From NCBI RefSeq assembly GCF_036321535.1, contig NC_087442.1, positions 42,904,001 to 42,968,000 on the forward strand: a stretch of DNA of 64,000 nt, read 5' to 3'. Shown one piece after another: positions 1 through 12,599 of this stretch. Within the stretch, counting starts at the first letter, position 1. Every line of letters starts with the position of its first letter. The notes under the pieces are model-generated. The model worked only from the letters and a program-made list of their open reading frames with translations. It was not told the origin of the DNA and searched no databases. The DNA comes from Camelus dromedarius (taxonomy: Eukaryota). The translations under genes were made by a program, and so were the position numbers.

Positions 1-536
1 TGGAAGTTTACTCCGTGTTTGTTCGTTCCTATTTTTATTCACAAGTTCTCTTGCATTGCCGGAGGACCAGGAACAGTAGGGAGTTAGGAATTCACAGTTA
101 GAAATCCAGAAGCCAATGGACAGAGCATTGTTCACTCTGCTTATTAAAGATAATATGATATCCCACTTGCATTAATTAATGAGGACACCTTCCCTTACAG
201 AATCCAAAGAATGATGCCATGACAGATTTTTGTTTCATTCAGTAGAATTCCATCTTCCCAGCACCCTCAAAAGAGCTATTCTCAGTATTTCCATTTAAAC
301 AAAGCAGTTAATGCAGAGCAAAGCAAGAGGGAGATTGACTGGTCATTGTACATTGTACATTGTAGACAAACAACTTTTGTTTTGTTGTGGCTGTTAATAA
401 AAACATGATATCAAACATCCGAATCAAATTTAAAAGGCCAGCATTTGAATATTTTTAATTAGAAGGACTAGTGCATAGTGCCACATTTAGTCAAATCTAG
501 AGTCCCTATTTCAGGCTTAAATCATAAATGTGGGCA

Positions 537-804
537 NNNNNNNNNNNNNNNNNNNNNNNNNNNNNNNNNNNNNNNNNNNNNNNNNNNNNNNNNNNNNNNN
601 NNNNNNNNNNNNNNNNNNNNNNNNNNNNNNNNNNNNNNNNNNNNNNNNNNNNNNNNNNNNNNNNNNNNNNNNNNNNNNNNNNNNNNNNNNNNNNNNNNNN
701 NNNNNNNNNNNNNNNNNNNNNNNNNNNNNNNNNNNNNNNNNNNNNNNNNNNNNNNNNNNNNNNNNNNNNNNNNNNNNNNNNNNNNNNNNNNNNNNNNNNN
801 NNNN
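537..804. other. Assembly gap (268 N)
   Basis: N run. Confidence 0.99.
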
Positions 805-1812
805 ATGTATCCAGATATTTATATGTGAAGGACAAAATGCTAGAGTGTGTAGAACTATACTCTATAAATAATGGTTTGCTCATAATACTCAGATTTTAAT
901 CATTCCATTTCTGAAATCTAATTGTACCCAAATTCATTCAGAAAAACTTCACATTAGAATCAGAATGTGCAGATATTGTTCTGTTTAATAAATTACAAGT
1001 TCTTGTGTCATTTAAGAGTTGGTTAAAAAAAACAGAATAAGTAAATTCTTTCATAGTTATTTACTTCAAATAAAAGTGTTTTGGAGGCCAGTAAAGCCTT
1101 TTTTTCATTTCATATGGAAATAATTTGATAAGCTTGGCAACAATGTGGCAAACAAAATGAGCTAAGAACATTCAAGTTCTTTTAGTCATGAGTTACTTGT
1201 GCTGAACAGAGAACTAGCTTCCCCCAACTAAAGAACAGCTTGATTATATGGTATGCAAATACTAATGGGAAAATGAGCAATGGCTAGTTCTCACTTAGGT
1301 TTTGTATTCTGGCAAGCTTCAAGTAGAGGATATTAATTCAAGGTGACACAATGCATTCAGATACTCAATATCAGAAATAACATTAAAACAAGATTATAGA
1401 GGGCATCCTGAGATTCAATATTAGAAACAGATAAAATTGATACAAGATGATACAATGTATCCAGATATTGGCAGTAGATTGATTCAGGTAGAACTGAGTG
1501 ACTGTCACAAAACCAGCAACCCTCAGAAGCTGCTCACATCATTTTTTCTTTTTGTCATCTAGTCACACGTAAATTAGCAATACTGGGCAGGACCAGGGGA
1601 TCAGAAAAGTCACATGATTTGCATAATGTTTAGTTTGATTTAATAAATGGAAAAATTCTTCCAAAGAAATGTGCTAATTGTTTGGGAATATGCTTTTTAA
1701 AAATTAGAATAAGATACAATTTTAAAGCTTTAAATGCTGTTGATAATAGCAAAAAATCACAAACATCCCTCACAAGTAAAAATTAAGGTTTGATTAAACA
1801 ATCTTAAAGTTG

Positions 1813-2230
1813 GTGTGGCAGAGACAATCCACTGCCCATCCATGTCAATTAACCTTCATTTCTTAGTAACAGCCTGATTGCATTCTGGGTATTCAGGGCG
1901 GCAATGCACCCAGCAAAAAGACTACATTTCCAGCCGACCTGAGAGTTAAATGCAGCCTCATGACCAAGTTCTGATTAGTGCGATGGAAGCACAGCTGGGC
2001 ATCTGAAAAGGCTCTTTCAAAACCCTGATTCAGCCTGGAAGAGTTGGTCCTATTGCACTTCTCCCTTTCTCCTCTCTGCTGATGCTAAACTCCAGCAGCC
2101 AACTTGGATCATGAAGTGACCTTGAGGATGGAAGCACCACATGGAGGATGAAGAAGCAAAAAGAGAAAAAAAGTCCAAGTCTTGTGGACTTCGTGGAGCA
2201 TGACAACTTCATGGGCATGAAAGCTGTGCA
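1813..2230 (+). mobile_element. MaLR LTR remnant (MLT1J/I/H-like)
   Basis: tgtggcagagac start, gactacatttcc...gaccaagttctg and gcagccaacttggatcatga blocks typical of old MLT1. Boundaries approximate. Confidence 0.7.
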
Positions 2231-3047
2231 GTCACACAAGGACCTCCACTCAGAAGGGCCCTGGGCTTGATTTATGTTTCTGTTGTCATTATGAAAGTCT
2301 TAATAATTTTGCCTTTGAACTTGTGTTTTGTAAGTGAGGTCTGACAGAATGACGGAGCATGTGTGTAAGAGGGGTACATGCAACATGCTTGGTTGCTGTT
2401 CCTTGTTGCCCCACTGGCATGAGCCCCATGAGCTCAGAATTCCTGTGGTCCCACAATGAGCCGGAGTTCAGCAAGACTCAAAGTGAGTCCAAGGAAGGCA
2501 CCTTCCATCTCCAACTGATTAAGCCAGGGCCCTGACATCCCTGAGAGGTCACACTTTTCATCTGCACCAGAACTTGCTACTTGGAAAGAAGGCAATGGCA
2601 TTTCTAGAAACATGACAGCCAAGGAAGCCTGTTGCACCATTTCTTACTCATGTTATCTTACCCCTCTGTAACAGTCAACAACTTACCCCACAAATGATGA
2701 CGTAGAAAGAAAAGGGAAGGTAAGCCAAAGTTCCTTCCTGTTTCAGTCCTTCTTACTCATCAGTAACATGAAGGTAGAGTGCTGGTAGAAGGTGTATGTA
2801 CCAAGAAATAAAATAACAACAGATGATTTCATTTTGCACAACATATTCCAGTAACAGGGTGCACATGCGTGCACAAATACAAATTATGTGATTTCAGTGA
2901 TTCCATATACAATTCAAATGTTCTTATATTTGCATCTAAACTGGCATTGCTCAATATAAAATGAAGAGTAAAATGTATACTGATGAACTTAAATTTTTAT
3001 CTTTTTGTTATGTAGAATGACATTAAATAGAAAATTAAAAAACACCA

Positions 3048-3703
3048 TGACAAATCAAGAGAGAGATCACAGAAGGAAAGAATCTTTATAGACACGGAGG
3101 TTTGCAGCAGAGAAAGGGTATGTTCACAAGGCAGCCAAGCCAGGAGACAAGAGAACAAATGGCAAATCTGAATCTTAAATCTGCCTCCCTGTAGATGAGG
3201 GGCTTGGAATATTTATGGGATAAAGAAGCAGGGTGATCTTAGGCATGAGGAAAGGTGACTGGAGGTAGGGAATAGATGAGGTAATCATTGTTCTGGGCAG
3301 CCACATCTGAGATACATGCTTTTTTACATGATTCATGCTTAAGAATGGAGGTGTTTAGCACAATTCGAGGGAGGAGTTTTTGGTTCTCTGACATCAAAGA
3401 GTCATTTATCTGCACAGGCCCAGTTTTAGGGTCGATGGTCCCAAACAATCTTAGCTGGCTTGAATTGGACAAGAGCTGACTTCAAGTTCTGGAAAAACAA
3501 TGTAAGCTCCCATTATAATAGCGAGATGTTATCTATAGGGGTGGTTAAAGAGTCAAAAATAATTAACGCAGCTTGGTCAGCGAAGGCAGGTTACAAGCAG
3601 AGTGATTTTTAACAAGCTGTTCCCTTACCTGCTGTTCTGCAAGACAAGCTCAAGAATTTCTGTTAGTCACCAGTTTCTGTTAACCCTGTGGGACATGATT
3701 TCA
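3048..3703 (-). mobile_element. ERV1-class solo LTR (family not assigned)
   Basis: Minus strand runs TGAAATCATGTCCCACAGGGTTAACAG...ATAAAG...TTTGTCA, with TG...CA termini and an LTR-like R/U5. No clear TSD. Confidence 0.65.
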
Positions 3704-5777
3704 GAACTTTCTACTTTCTCAACGAGAGGACCCACATTCTCATTTTGCACTGGGCCGCACAATTAAGTAGCCAGCCTTGACTTCTTAGAACCAACATACC
3801 ATCCGTGATCTGCCTACCTTTGTGCTTAAATCACTGTTATTTTGTTATAGTCAAATCTAATCTTAAATGACACTTATAGCATAAAGGGTAGCCACTAAAC
3901 CACTGCTAAAGAAGGATATTTGGTTATTGGGAAAACAACTTTTTTTAGGTTTTTAAAAAGTGGGATATGCACAGGATGTGACTTAAAAAAAATACACAAA
4001 CACAAGAACACAGAAATAAAAGACCAAAAATAATTACACTAAAATATTAATTACGTTTATCTTCAGGGATTGGAATTATTGAGGATATTTATTCTCTTAT
4101 TTTGTGTGTGATTTTCTGCATTTTTAAATCTTTCTAAAATAAATACTGATTACTTTTATAAGTAGATAAAATTTAGAAAATTTACAAATGAATACTGAAC
4201 CAGTATGAAATTTACCATTAAATCTAGAAACCATGTACAACTCAGCCTCAGGTAGTTTTCCACAGTTTCCTTAATTTGGAATTTTTCAAATTATAAAAAT
4301 GATGCAGGCTGGTTGTAACAATTCAAAGTTATCTAAAGAAAAGCTGATTTCATCTCTCTATTCCATCCTTGCTGCCTATCTAAGGAAACATGTTGAAAGA
4401 CTGACATGTATCTTTTCACAAATTATATAGTGGAATCAGACCTGTATGATTTGCTCACTTCACCAACACAACCACACAGACTGAAAAAAAGAGAGAGAGA
4501 TTTGGGGGTTTAGTTGTTTTCTGTGAAATCAAGTCCTGTATACACATTACTTTACTTTTATCATAAACGTCTTTACAAGTCAAAACATATAAATTTAACT
4601 TTATCATTTTTCTTATTTCATGCATACATAGAGACACAGTATTTTATATCCCATTTAACCCATTTCATTTTTGAGCATGGAGGTGTCTTATTTAAATAGA
4701 GTTTATTAAAAATTCTGTCTATGCTGCTGTGGAGGGCGGGAGGTGGTTTAGGTGGGTGGGATAATGCTTCTGAGTGAACCCCCTCCGCCAATCTTGATCA
4801 GAAGTTCATCAAATAAAATGTTTTAAATTTCTGTTTCCAAACAAAATACATTCACCAAGGGTATGTTTTCTCCTTGCCTCTACTTTCTCATTCCATATTT
4901 CATCTTATATCATACTACACTGTTCAGTCAGTCCCCTGGTTTGCAATTTGCTTTTCGATGTGCCATCCTGTTACTCTTTAGAGGGAAACTAGATTTGGTG
5001 CCTTGAAGAAGTAAGACTGTATGTAATTTAATATTTGTTAGTTTAACCTTAGAAACTAGGGGAAACCAGAAGTTTTCAATATAGCAGTACCTGGGGAGCA
5101 ATTGGGGGAATCTTTTTCGAGCTGTAAAAGAATTACAAAACAGGCCATGCTGAGATTTAAAAATTGAGGTCATTCTTACAGAATAGGTTTGTGAGGCACT
5201 GTCTCAAAACTGACCAATTCAGGGCTTTGAGTAGACAAAGTCTCAGTGGATTCTAGGTGACCTCAGTGTCCTTTTTAGTACAAGATAGTTAAAAGAAGAT
5301 CCTGTCTTTTCTCAAGTGCATGTGCATGTGCATGTGCTTGGCTGCACTTAAATCTTCATTTAATCTGAGTGGGCGAAGAGTTATTCTATAAACCAATGGT
5401 TCTTTTATCATTTTAAAATACATTAAGTGAATAATTTTTTTCTTTTTTGGCGACAAGTTCACCATTGCAATTGTCTATTGATAATGAAGTCACACCTTCT
5501 TAATATTGCTTACTTATGGCTTTATCATCATCAACAATTATTCATTGTGCACTGACATGCTTTGCAGTCTCTGCTGATGGGACTAAAAAATGTTTCTCTC
5601 ACCAAAGGGAACATGTAATTACCCTTTAGGGATTATTTTCTTTAAAAAAAATTTGTGGAGTTTTTATTCCCCAAACTCTTTCTAAAGAAAAATCTTTACA
5701 GGATGTAAATGCAAAATACAGATGAAACAGTCATAACGTTGAAAATACTGTGAAGACAAGAAAAAAATAAGAGAAAC

Positions 5778-6264
5778 TATTACTGAGTCCAAGCTCATAC
5801 TGCTAGCCATACAACAGGCCAGTAAACTGAGGGCCAAGTTGCTGGGGCAAGGAATAGCAACTTCATTCAGAAAGCCCGCAGACTGAGAAGATGGTGGACT
5901 AGTGTCTCAAAGAACCATCTTGACTGAGTCAGAATTCATGCTTCTTTTATACTAAAAGGGGAGGGATTAAAGTCAAACATTTCCTGGTTTCGGGTCCGCC
6001 TCTGAAGGAAATGTGTGAATTCCATCCTGCCGTCATTCACTGGTGGTCCTGGTCAGGATGTTTCCTGTGATCTAAACAAAGGTATTTTATCTTAATGCCC
6101 ATTATCTGGGAGGCAGTGTTCCCAGAGATGGGCCGTTATGTATAATTTAAGCTTATAAGCAATGTCCCTTTAGTGATTAACTTGTAGCAAAAGCAATAGA
6201 ATACAAAGGTTAAAGTAAAAGAAACAGATCCAATATGGAATCAGATTTGTTCTTCCCTATTACA
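5778..6264 (-). mobile_element. ERV1-class solo LTR (artiodactyl type) with 4-bp TSD
   Basis: Minus strand starts TGTAATAGGGAAGAACAAATCTGATTCCATATTGG and ends ...GGACTCAGTAATA. Flanked by AAAC at 5774-5777 and 6265-6268. Confidence 0.8.
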
Positions 6265-7246
6265 AAACCCCTCAAAATCTATAGCTATAATAATTTTCTG
6301 AAAGCTAGATTTTTTTTTTTACCCAAAGATATAGTTGGGCTAATTTGTTATTTTAAGGGCTGTGCTCAAAATGCAGATACAAAATAAAAATTAAACAAAG
6401 AAAAATGCAATTAAAATAAACCCTCTGCTCCAAATGCATATCAAGAAATTACTGTTTCTCTCCAAAGCAAGATTATGCCAGGCTAAATGCGGTGATTAAA
6501 GAGAGCCTTGTCCTCAAGGACTGGCCTGGCCGGAGGCAAGCTTGTGCAATAGGAAGTTTGTCCCTGGCACGCTCGCTTTCCAAACAGCTCCCTTTGCCCT
6601 TAGTGGCCACCTCTTGCTCTCAGGGTCTCTTTGTCCTTGGCTAAATTTTGCTCTCAGTTGGCAGCTAACTAATAGGTAAGAGGGTTTGTGGAGAAAACTG
6701 TGTTGCTAAGTATTTGCAACATCTTTATATGTTTCAACATTTTTCAGTTATTAAAAACAGGAAGGAAAATCCTGGTAGTAGAAAAATCAGTTTGGTCTGG
6801 GTCAGTAAACTTGTCTGGCAATTTAATAGAATCAAACCTTAGTAATTTTTTTTTTAGTATATATATACATGTACAGTCAGTTTACAATGCTGTGTCAATT
6901 TCTGGTATACAGCATAATGCTTCAGTCATACATGAACATACATATATTCATTTTCATATTCTTTTTCACCATAAGCTACTACAAGATATTGAATATAGTT
7001 CCTGTGTTATACAGTAGAAATTTGTTGTTTATCTATTTTATATATATTAGTTAGTATCTGCAAATCTTGAACTCCCAATTTATCTCTTCCTACCCTTTCC
7101 CCTCTGGTAACCATACGTTTGTTTTCTATGTCTGTGAGGCTGTTTCTGTTTTGTAAATAAGCTTGTTTGTCTTTTTTTTTTTTTTCAGATTCCACATATA
7201 AGTGATACCGTGTGGCATTTTTCTTTCTCTTTCTGGCTTATTTCAC

Positions 7247-7440
7247 NNNNNNNNNNNNNNNNNNNNNNNNNNNNNNNNNNNNNNNNNNNNNNNNNNNNNN
7301 NNNNNNNNNNNNNNNNNNNNNNNNNNNNNNNNNNNNNNNNNNNNNNNNNNNNNNNNNNNNNNNNNNNNNNNNNNNNNNNNNNNNNNNNNNNNNNNNNNNN
7401 NNNNNNNNNNNNNNNNNNNNNNNNNNNNNNNNNNNNNNNN
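7247..7440. other. Assembly gap (194 N) inside the L1
   Basis: N run. Confidence 0.99.
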
Positions 7441-7616
7441 TCTTTTTAAATTAAGGTTCCCTCTAGATATATGCCCAGGAGTGGGATTACTGGATCATAC
7501 GGTAATTCTATTTTTAGTCTTGAGGAATTTCCATACTATTTTCCATAAGGGCTGTACCAAACTACATTCCAACAGCCACGTGGGAGGGTTCCCTTTTCTC
7601 CATAGCCTCTCCAGCA

Positions 7617-7775
7617 NNNNNNNNNNNNNNNNNNNNNNNNNNNNNNNNNNNNNNNNNNNNNNNNNNNNNNNNNNNNNNNNNNNNNNNNNNNNNNNNNNNN
7701 NNNNNNNNNNNNNNNNNNNNNNNNNNNNNNNNNNNNNNNNNNNNNNNNNNNNNNNNNNNNNNNNNNNNNNNNNNN
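7617..7775. other. Assembly gap (159 N) at the 5' end of the L1
   Basis: N run. Confidence 0.99.
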
Positions 7776-9789
7776 AAACCTTAGTAATTAACTTTGCATC
7801 ATATTGTGTTAAAAGACCCTGAAGATATCTAAGCAGCAAAGGTGGAAGACAGAAGGTAAAAGTCAGTTGTGCTTTTGCAATTTTGTTTGCATAGGGTTGA
7901 AACAGTCATGAGATTCACCAGAATCTGGAAAAAAATGGCTTTAGTGGAGGGGGAAAACCACCACCAGGAAGACTGTAATCAGAAAGTTTTGGTCTTGTGG
8001 GGCTTCAGATATAAACTTCATAGGCTTAAACAGGGGGAAAATGGAGTTTAAGCACCAGCTACTGCCCACCTAGAGCATAAACAAACAAGCTGAAATATGG
8101 TGGGATGGAAAGCTTTAGTGTGTCCTCAGGCCAAATTCTATATTTAGAATTTGGAGAACCCTACATTTGATTAGACTCAAGAGTGAAAACATTAAGTCAG
8201 CAAAAGAAAAATGTTAGTTAAGTACGAATTTTTACTAAGATGTTATGTTCTTTTATATCCTTCTTTGAAATTGGATATTTTTCATAGTTAATTATAGCTG
8301 CAAGTTATAAATAGAGTTGTGTTTTCCTAATGAAGAGTTTAAATTGCTTGAGGTGGTTTTCTGGCTCTTTAGATGGGGATCTTCAAAATTCTTTGCATAT
8401 GTAACCCTGAAAGAATTTTGAAAAACATATGGTTCCTTGAACATTTTACATTGACATCTAAAAATGTTTTATCTGAAGGTTGAATCTTTGCAAAGAATGT
8501 CCTTCCTGGTGTATTGTAATTTGAATATATACTTTAACTTTGTTTTTATCAAATCCTTGGAGCTATAGGTTTAGATCATTTAGTTTATAGAATAAGTTTC
8601 TTGAATGAATAGAAACCTTTTGAAGCCAGTCTTTATTGTCAAACCAATCAGCTAAATCAGACTTCCTGTCTATCATTTTAAAATTAAGCGATTAAGATAA
8701 CATCCTTCTGAATCCTAATTCAATACAAGAGAGATAGATGAGAGGTAGAGAAGGCATGAAGACTTCCCAAGAGTTTGTTGCCTAGATAGAATAAGGCTTT
8801 AGTATTTTTTTACTGAGGCTTTCTTTGCTTTATTTTTGGGTGGGGAAGGGCGGATGGCCCCTCAGGGGCAGTACAAGTTTAATTATCTTCTTTTGAGTTG
8901 CCTCTGAGATTTTTATAGCCTGGAGCAATGCACCAAGATGAGATTCAGAGAGGGAGAGCAATGTATCTGTCTTCTGAGAGCTGGGAGAAGGGCGAATGTG
9001 AAAAGGGAGGGATTGGCAGGCCTGTGGAGGGGTCTCTCAGGAAAGGGGCCTGTGAAAGTTGAGAACTGGGAATTGATTGCATTAAAAACATCCAATCAAC
9101 ATGTGTTTGGGTAAAGTCTTCAAGTACCCCAGGAGTATGAAGACCCAGTTTGAAGCTGTCTGCTCTAAACCTTTTTGGGAATGGAAGTATATGTGGTCCA
9201 AAGATTCAAGATACAAGACGGCCTTCTTGGTGAGATGCTCAGACAGCATCGGGCATTCCAGAAACTCAGTAGAACAAAGGGAACTATTTTGTTAATGCTT
9301 CCTGTTATCAGAATAGTTTACATTCCAAGGCCTATTTCTCATACTTTGATATGGAGTTTTTAGAGATGAGAAAACCCCTAAGACACAAAATCATAAAGCT
9401 AGAATAGTGGTGAGTAAAAAGCAGTGAGATTGTTTACCCTTTTTTTTGCCTCTGCCTAAGTAGCATAAGGCAGCTTCTGATTTAATATTTCCACTGAAGG
9501 TTCAAAATTACATCATATTAAATGAAAATTTAAAGTAATACCACATGTCAGAGGGTCTGAAAGCATGCAAAAATTCCACCCCTCTTTGAGAACACCAATT
9601 GTCCAAAAATCTAAGCTTCATAATAGATGAGCTGCTATTTCAAAGGCATGCTTCAAAGGATATCCTTCAGCATTACTTCACGTTAAATATGTTTTCATTT
9701 TACAATTTGTTCCCACAGAGCCTGACTTTCCCTATTTTTCTCTAGGAATTGAAAAACATCCAAAAAAGGAAATCTAGCCAGGAGGAAGG

Positions 9790-10060
9790 GTCAAATCGCT
9801 ACCAGAAGCGGATGTTTGTTGCTTTTGTTCTTTGGGCATCTGTGTCATTCATCTTCAGGTACAGTTTCCCTGTACAGTTCAGGTCCAGTTTCCTTTGGAG
9901 TACTCTTTCCCCCATCATAGAAACCAGCATGGGATATAGGTCTGGTCGGTCATCCATTCTCCTGACTGTACACTGGCCCAGTGGTAGGTACATGACCCAA
10001 GCTGGGCCAATTAGAGCCCTTCCCTGGGATATTTATATGAAATTGGGAGTACTACAATGA
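9790..10060 (+). mobile_element. Old MaLR LTR fragment (MLT1K/L-like)
   Basis: catgacccaagctgggccaattagagcccttccctggga motif. Highly diverged. Confidence 0.5.
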
Positions 10061-10845
10061 AGTTGCCCAAACACAAAAATGATGAGTTTTGTTTAATTTC
10101 TTATGGAAGATGATAAAGAATGGAGTTTTTCCACTGAGGTCTAATGTGGGTCAAATCTAGCAGGCCACACAGATACAGTGAACAAAGAATGACAGAAAGA
10201 CACCAAAAAGTAAGGATAGAAAAATTGTAAAAAGGGCTTGAGCTTCTCCAGGCCCTGGACTAGTAGTCAAAGATTTACCTGCATCACAGGTACATCTGAA
10301 ACGGGGTGGCTCCCAGTAACACATGAATGACAGGGTCTAAAAACCAGAGGTCAACAAGTAGAATTTGCTGGGACAGATGGCAACAAGAAGGTCCTATTAT
10401 ATAACTTTTAGGCACTGATGGAATGTCCTTCATTGAAAGGAACTGTGTATGGAAGGGAAGAGAGATACTAGGCTTTCAGAGGAGATGTAGGCAGGAAAGC
10501 TTTGCATAACTGGGACCAAACTGGGGTGGGGGTCATGTGTGGAGGGGTACTGAGGCAGTTGCAACACCTGTGCTTCAATAGTGCCACCATGTGGCTGTGA
10601 CACCAGCAACAGCCAGGCTCCAGTCTAATATGCCACCAGCTGAATTTCTAATTTTCTCTCCTGTAAAGGACTAAGTAAGGTAACTGCCCAGTCCCTACGC
10701 TGTACAGCTTGTGTATGATGGGAGATGGGGAATGGTTAAGGAGAGGAGATTACAGAGAAGAAAGATTTTTCCCATGATATCAGAGAAGCATTGTTTGGAC
10801 AACAAAAATAAGTGGGTCCTCATTTTGATCACTAGAAGTGGGGTT

Positions 10846-11260
10846 TATAGGTGTATTGGAGTTTGCTTGTGCCCATTTGCAAGAGCTGATTGTTACATTT
10901 TCAGGAATTTGGTTCCTGAGCTGGCTGTTAAGCAAAGCTGTCATGAAAAATTGACTGCATATGTCAAATTTAATGAGAGCAGATTTATTAGGAAAAGAGT
11001 TAGCAGATCAGGATGCAACTCCATTTGTCAAATCATAGTTCAATTGAGACCGCATGCTGGCTACAGATACAAAAGTTTGGCAAAAGCATTCTGTAAGAAT
11101 CCATTGGCTATGTGGAAGTTACAATAAAAGTATTATATATTTTATTATTGTTTATAAATTGTGTGCTACACATCCTTTATGTTATAAAAATTTATAATAA
11201 ATATATGTACACTTTTCTCCCTGAAGAATTGACAATTAAATATTTACTAGCACACCACTG
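10846..11260. mobile_element. hAT DNA transposon remnant (MER63-like)
   Basis: Right end aaatatttactagcacaccactg is the reverse complement of the MER63 terminus. The left part gagctgattgttacattttcaggaattt matches the other end. Confidence 0.7.
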
Positions 11261-12007
11261 CTTATAGGTTATGTATTTATAATAAATTGCTAATAATAAC
11301 AAAATATGAATAATGCATCATTTCATTCCCCTAACACCCACTTAGTTCCAGAACAATACGACTCCATCCTGAGTCATACTCCATCAATGCTACAAAAAGT
11401 TCAGGCTGTTACCAACGCTTAATAAGAATACCCATTCAGTTGTTTCCTTAAATACTTCGGTGGTAAAGAGATAAGTGAATTCCTACCACATCTATGGTGA
11501 TACTTTAAAACCTTCCTAAAGTGCTAAGTGACTAATATTTCTGGAAGGTGACATTTTATTTCCACCTACATAGGTCAAACTTACATAATTATATAAGAGG
11601 TTAGATCTCATCAATGGAAAAAGTAGACAGGTGAATTCCTGAAACTCTGAAAATAAGGACTAGGGAGAGGCTTCCTACTCGAATGGCAAACTGTACACAT
11701 GTGTTTGGTCTGGATGCAATCAAAATGATAGAAAGGAACGAAAATCAAAAAAAGGAAATAAAAATCACATGAATGGAGAGAATAGAAAAAGAATCACCAA
11801 CAGATGAAAGAGTTTAAAAATTTTATGGAAGTCAGAAAAGAGATGGAACCATGTGATGGATAAAACAAAGGGAAAGAAACCACAACCCAGATATAATCAA
11901 AAGGGGCTGCAGTGGGAGCAGGAATGAACGTATCCAGGAGAACTTCAGAGATTTTCTGGGGTTGAAAACTTGGAGTCAAACTGTCAAGTAAGCAATTGAA
12001 CAAGATA

Positions 12008-12121
12008 AAGTCATCCCTTGGTTTTCAGGGAATTCATTGCAAGCCCGCCCCGCCTACCTCCACTCCCAGGGGATACCAAAATCCCTGGATGCTCAAGTCC
12101 CTTACAGTTGGCCCTCCATAA
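12008..12121. mobile_element. Tigger/MER2-MER8-type fragments
   Basis: gtcatcccttgg...ggataccaaaatccctggatgctcaagtccct and cagttggccctccata termini. Confidence 0.6.
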
Positions 12122-12599
12122 TGGTGGATGCCAAAACCATGGAGAGGGAGGGGCCACTGCTAAGATATTTAAGGATGCAGAAACTCCCTTTCTTAGGAAG
12201 TTACCTGATGTATTTGAGAAAAAATGAGAAAGTGAGAAATTAGAAAGAAAATGACCTGGAGTACAGAAAACATGGACCTAACCCAGGGTTTAATGACCAG
12301 ACATCCCAAATGACTGCTAGCACTTCAGGCCTAGGAATGTCTTTCCAAATTGGAACAAGAAGTCAGTGGGGAACAAAAAGAATGTTTGTAATTAGAAAGG
12401 AATAAATTCCATACTATAGATAGAATAATAAGGTGTTGGGAGATATCTGGATATTGTAAAGAAGGCGTGCATTCTTTTTCTCAAGAGAAAAAAAAAAAGG
12501 CAATTAGAAAATTCAGAAAAACAACAACAAAAAAACTGAAATAAAGTTGTGGTCCAAAGAGTAAGCAATCTGAAATGCAGTATAATTTTGATCAATTGG

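Larger units (their letters stand above)
6848..7775 (-). mobile_element. 5'-truncated L1 (ORF2 end and 3' UTR), interrupted by two assembly gaps
   Basis: Poly(T) at the left end and L1 3' motifs (agattccacatataagtga, cccaggagtgggattactggatcatacggtaattctattttt). Identical 14-bp TSD aaaccttagtaatt at 6834-6847 and 7776-7789. Confidence 0.9.

Noticed and set aside
478-899. Four ORFs of 113-125 aa
   Set aside because: They are open only because they cross the 268-N gap.
5316-5337. (GTGCAT)3 alternating purine-pyrimidine run
   Set aside because: A short simple repeat. Z-DNA potential is marginal and no function is suggested.
7202-7839. ORFs up to 206 aa
   Set aside because: They are N-gap artefacts within an L1 3' fragment.
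10711-11127. 138-aa ORF
   Set aside because: It overlaps the MER63-like remnant, starts at GTG and shows no transposase motif.
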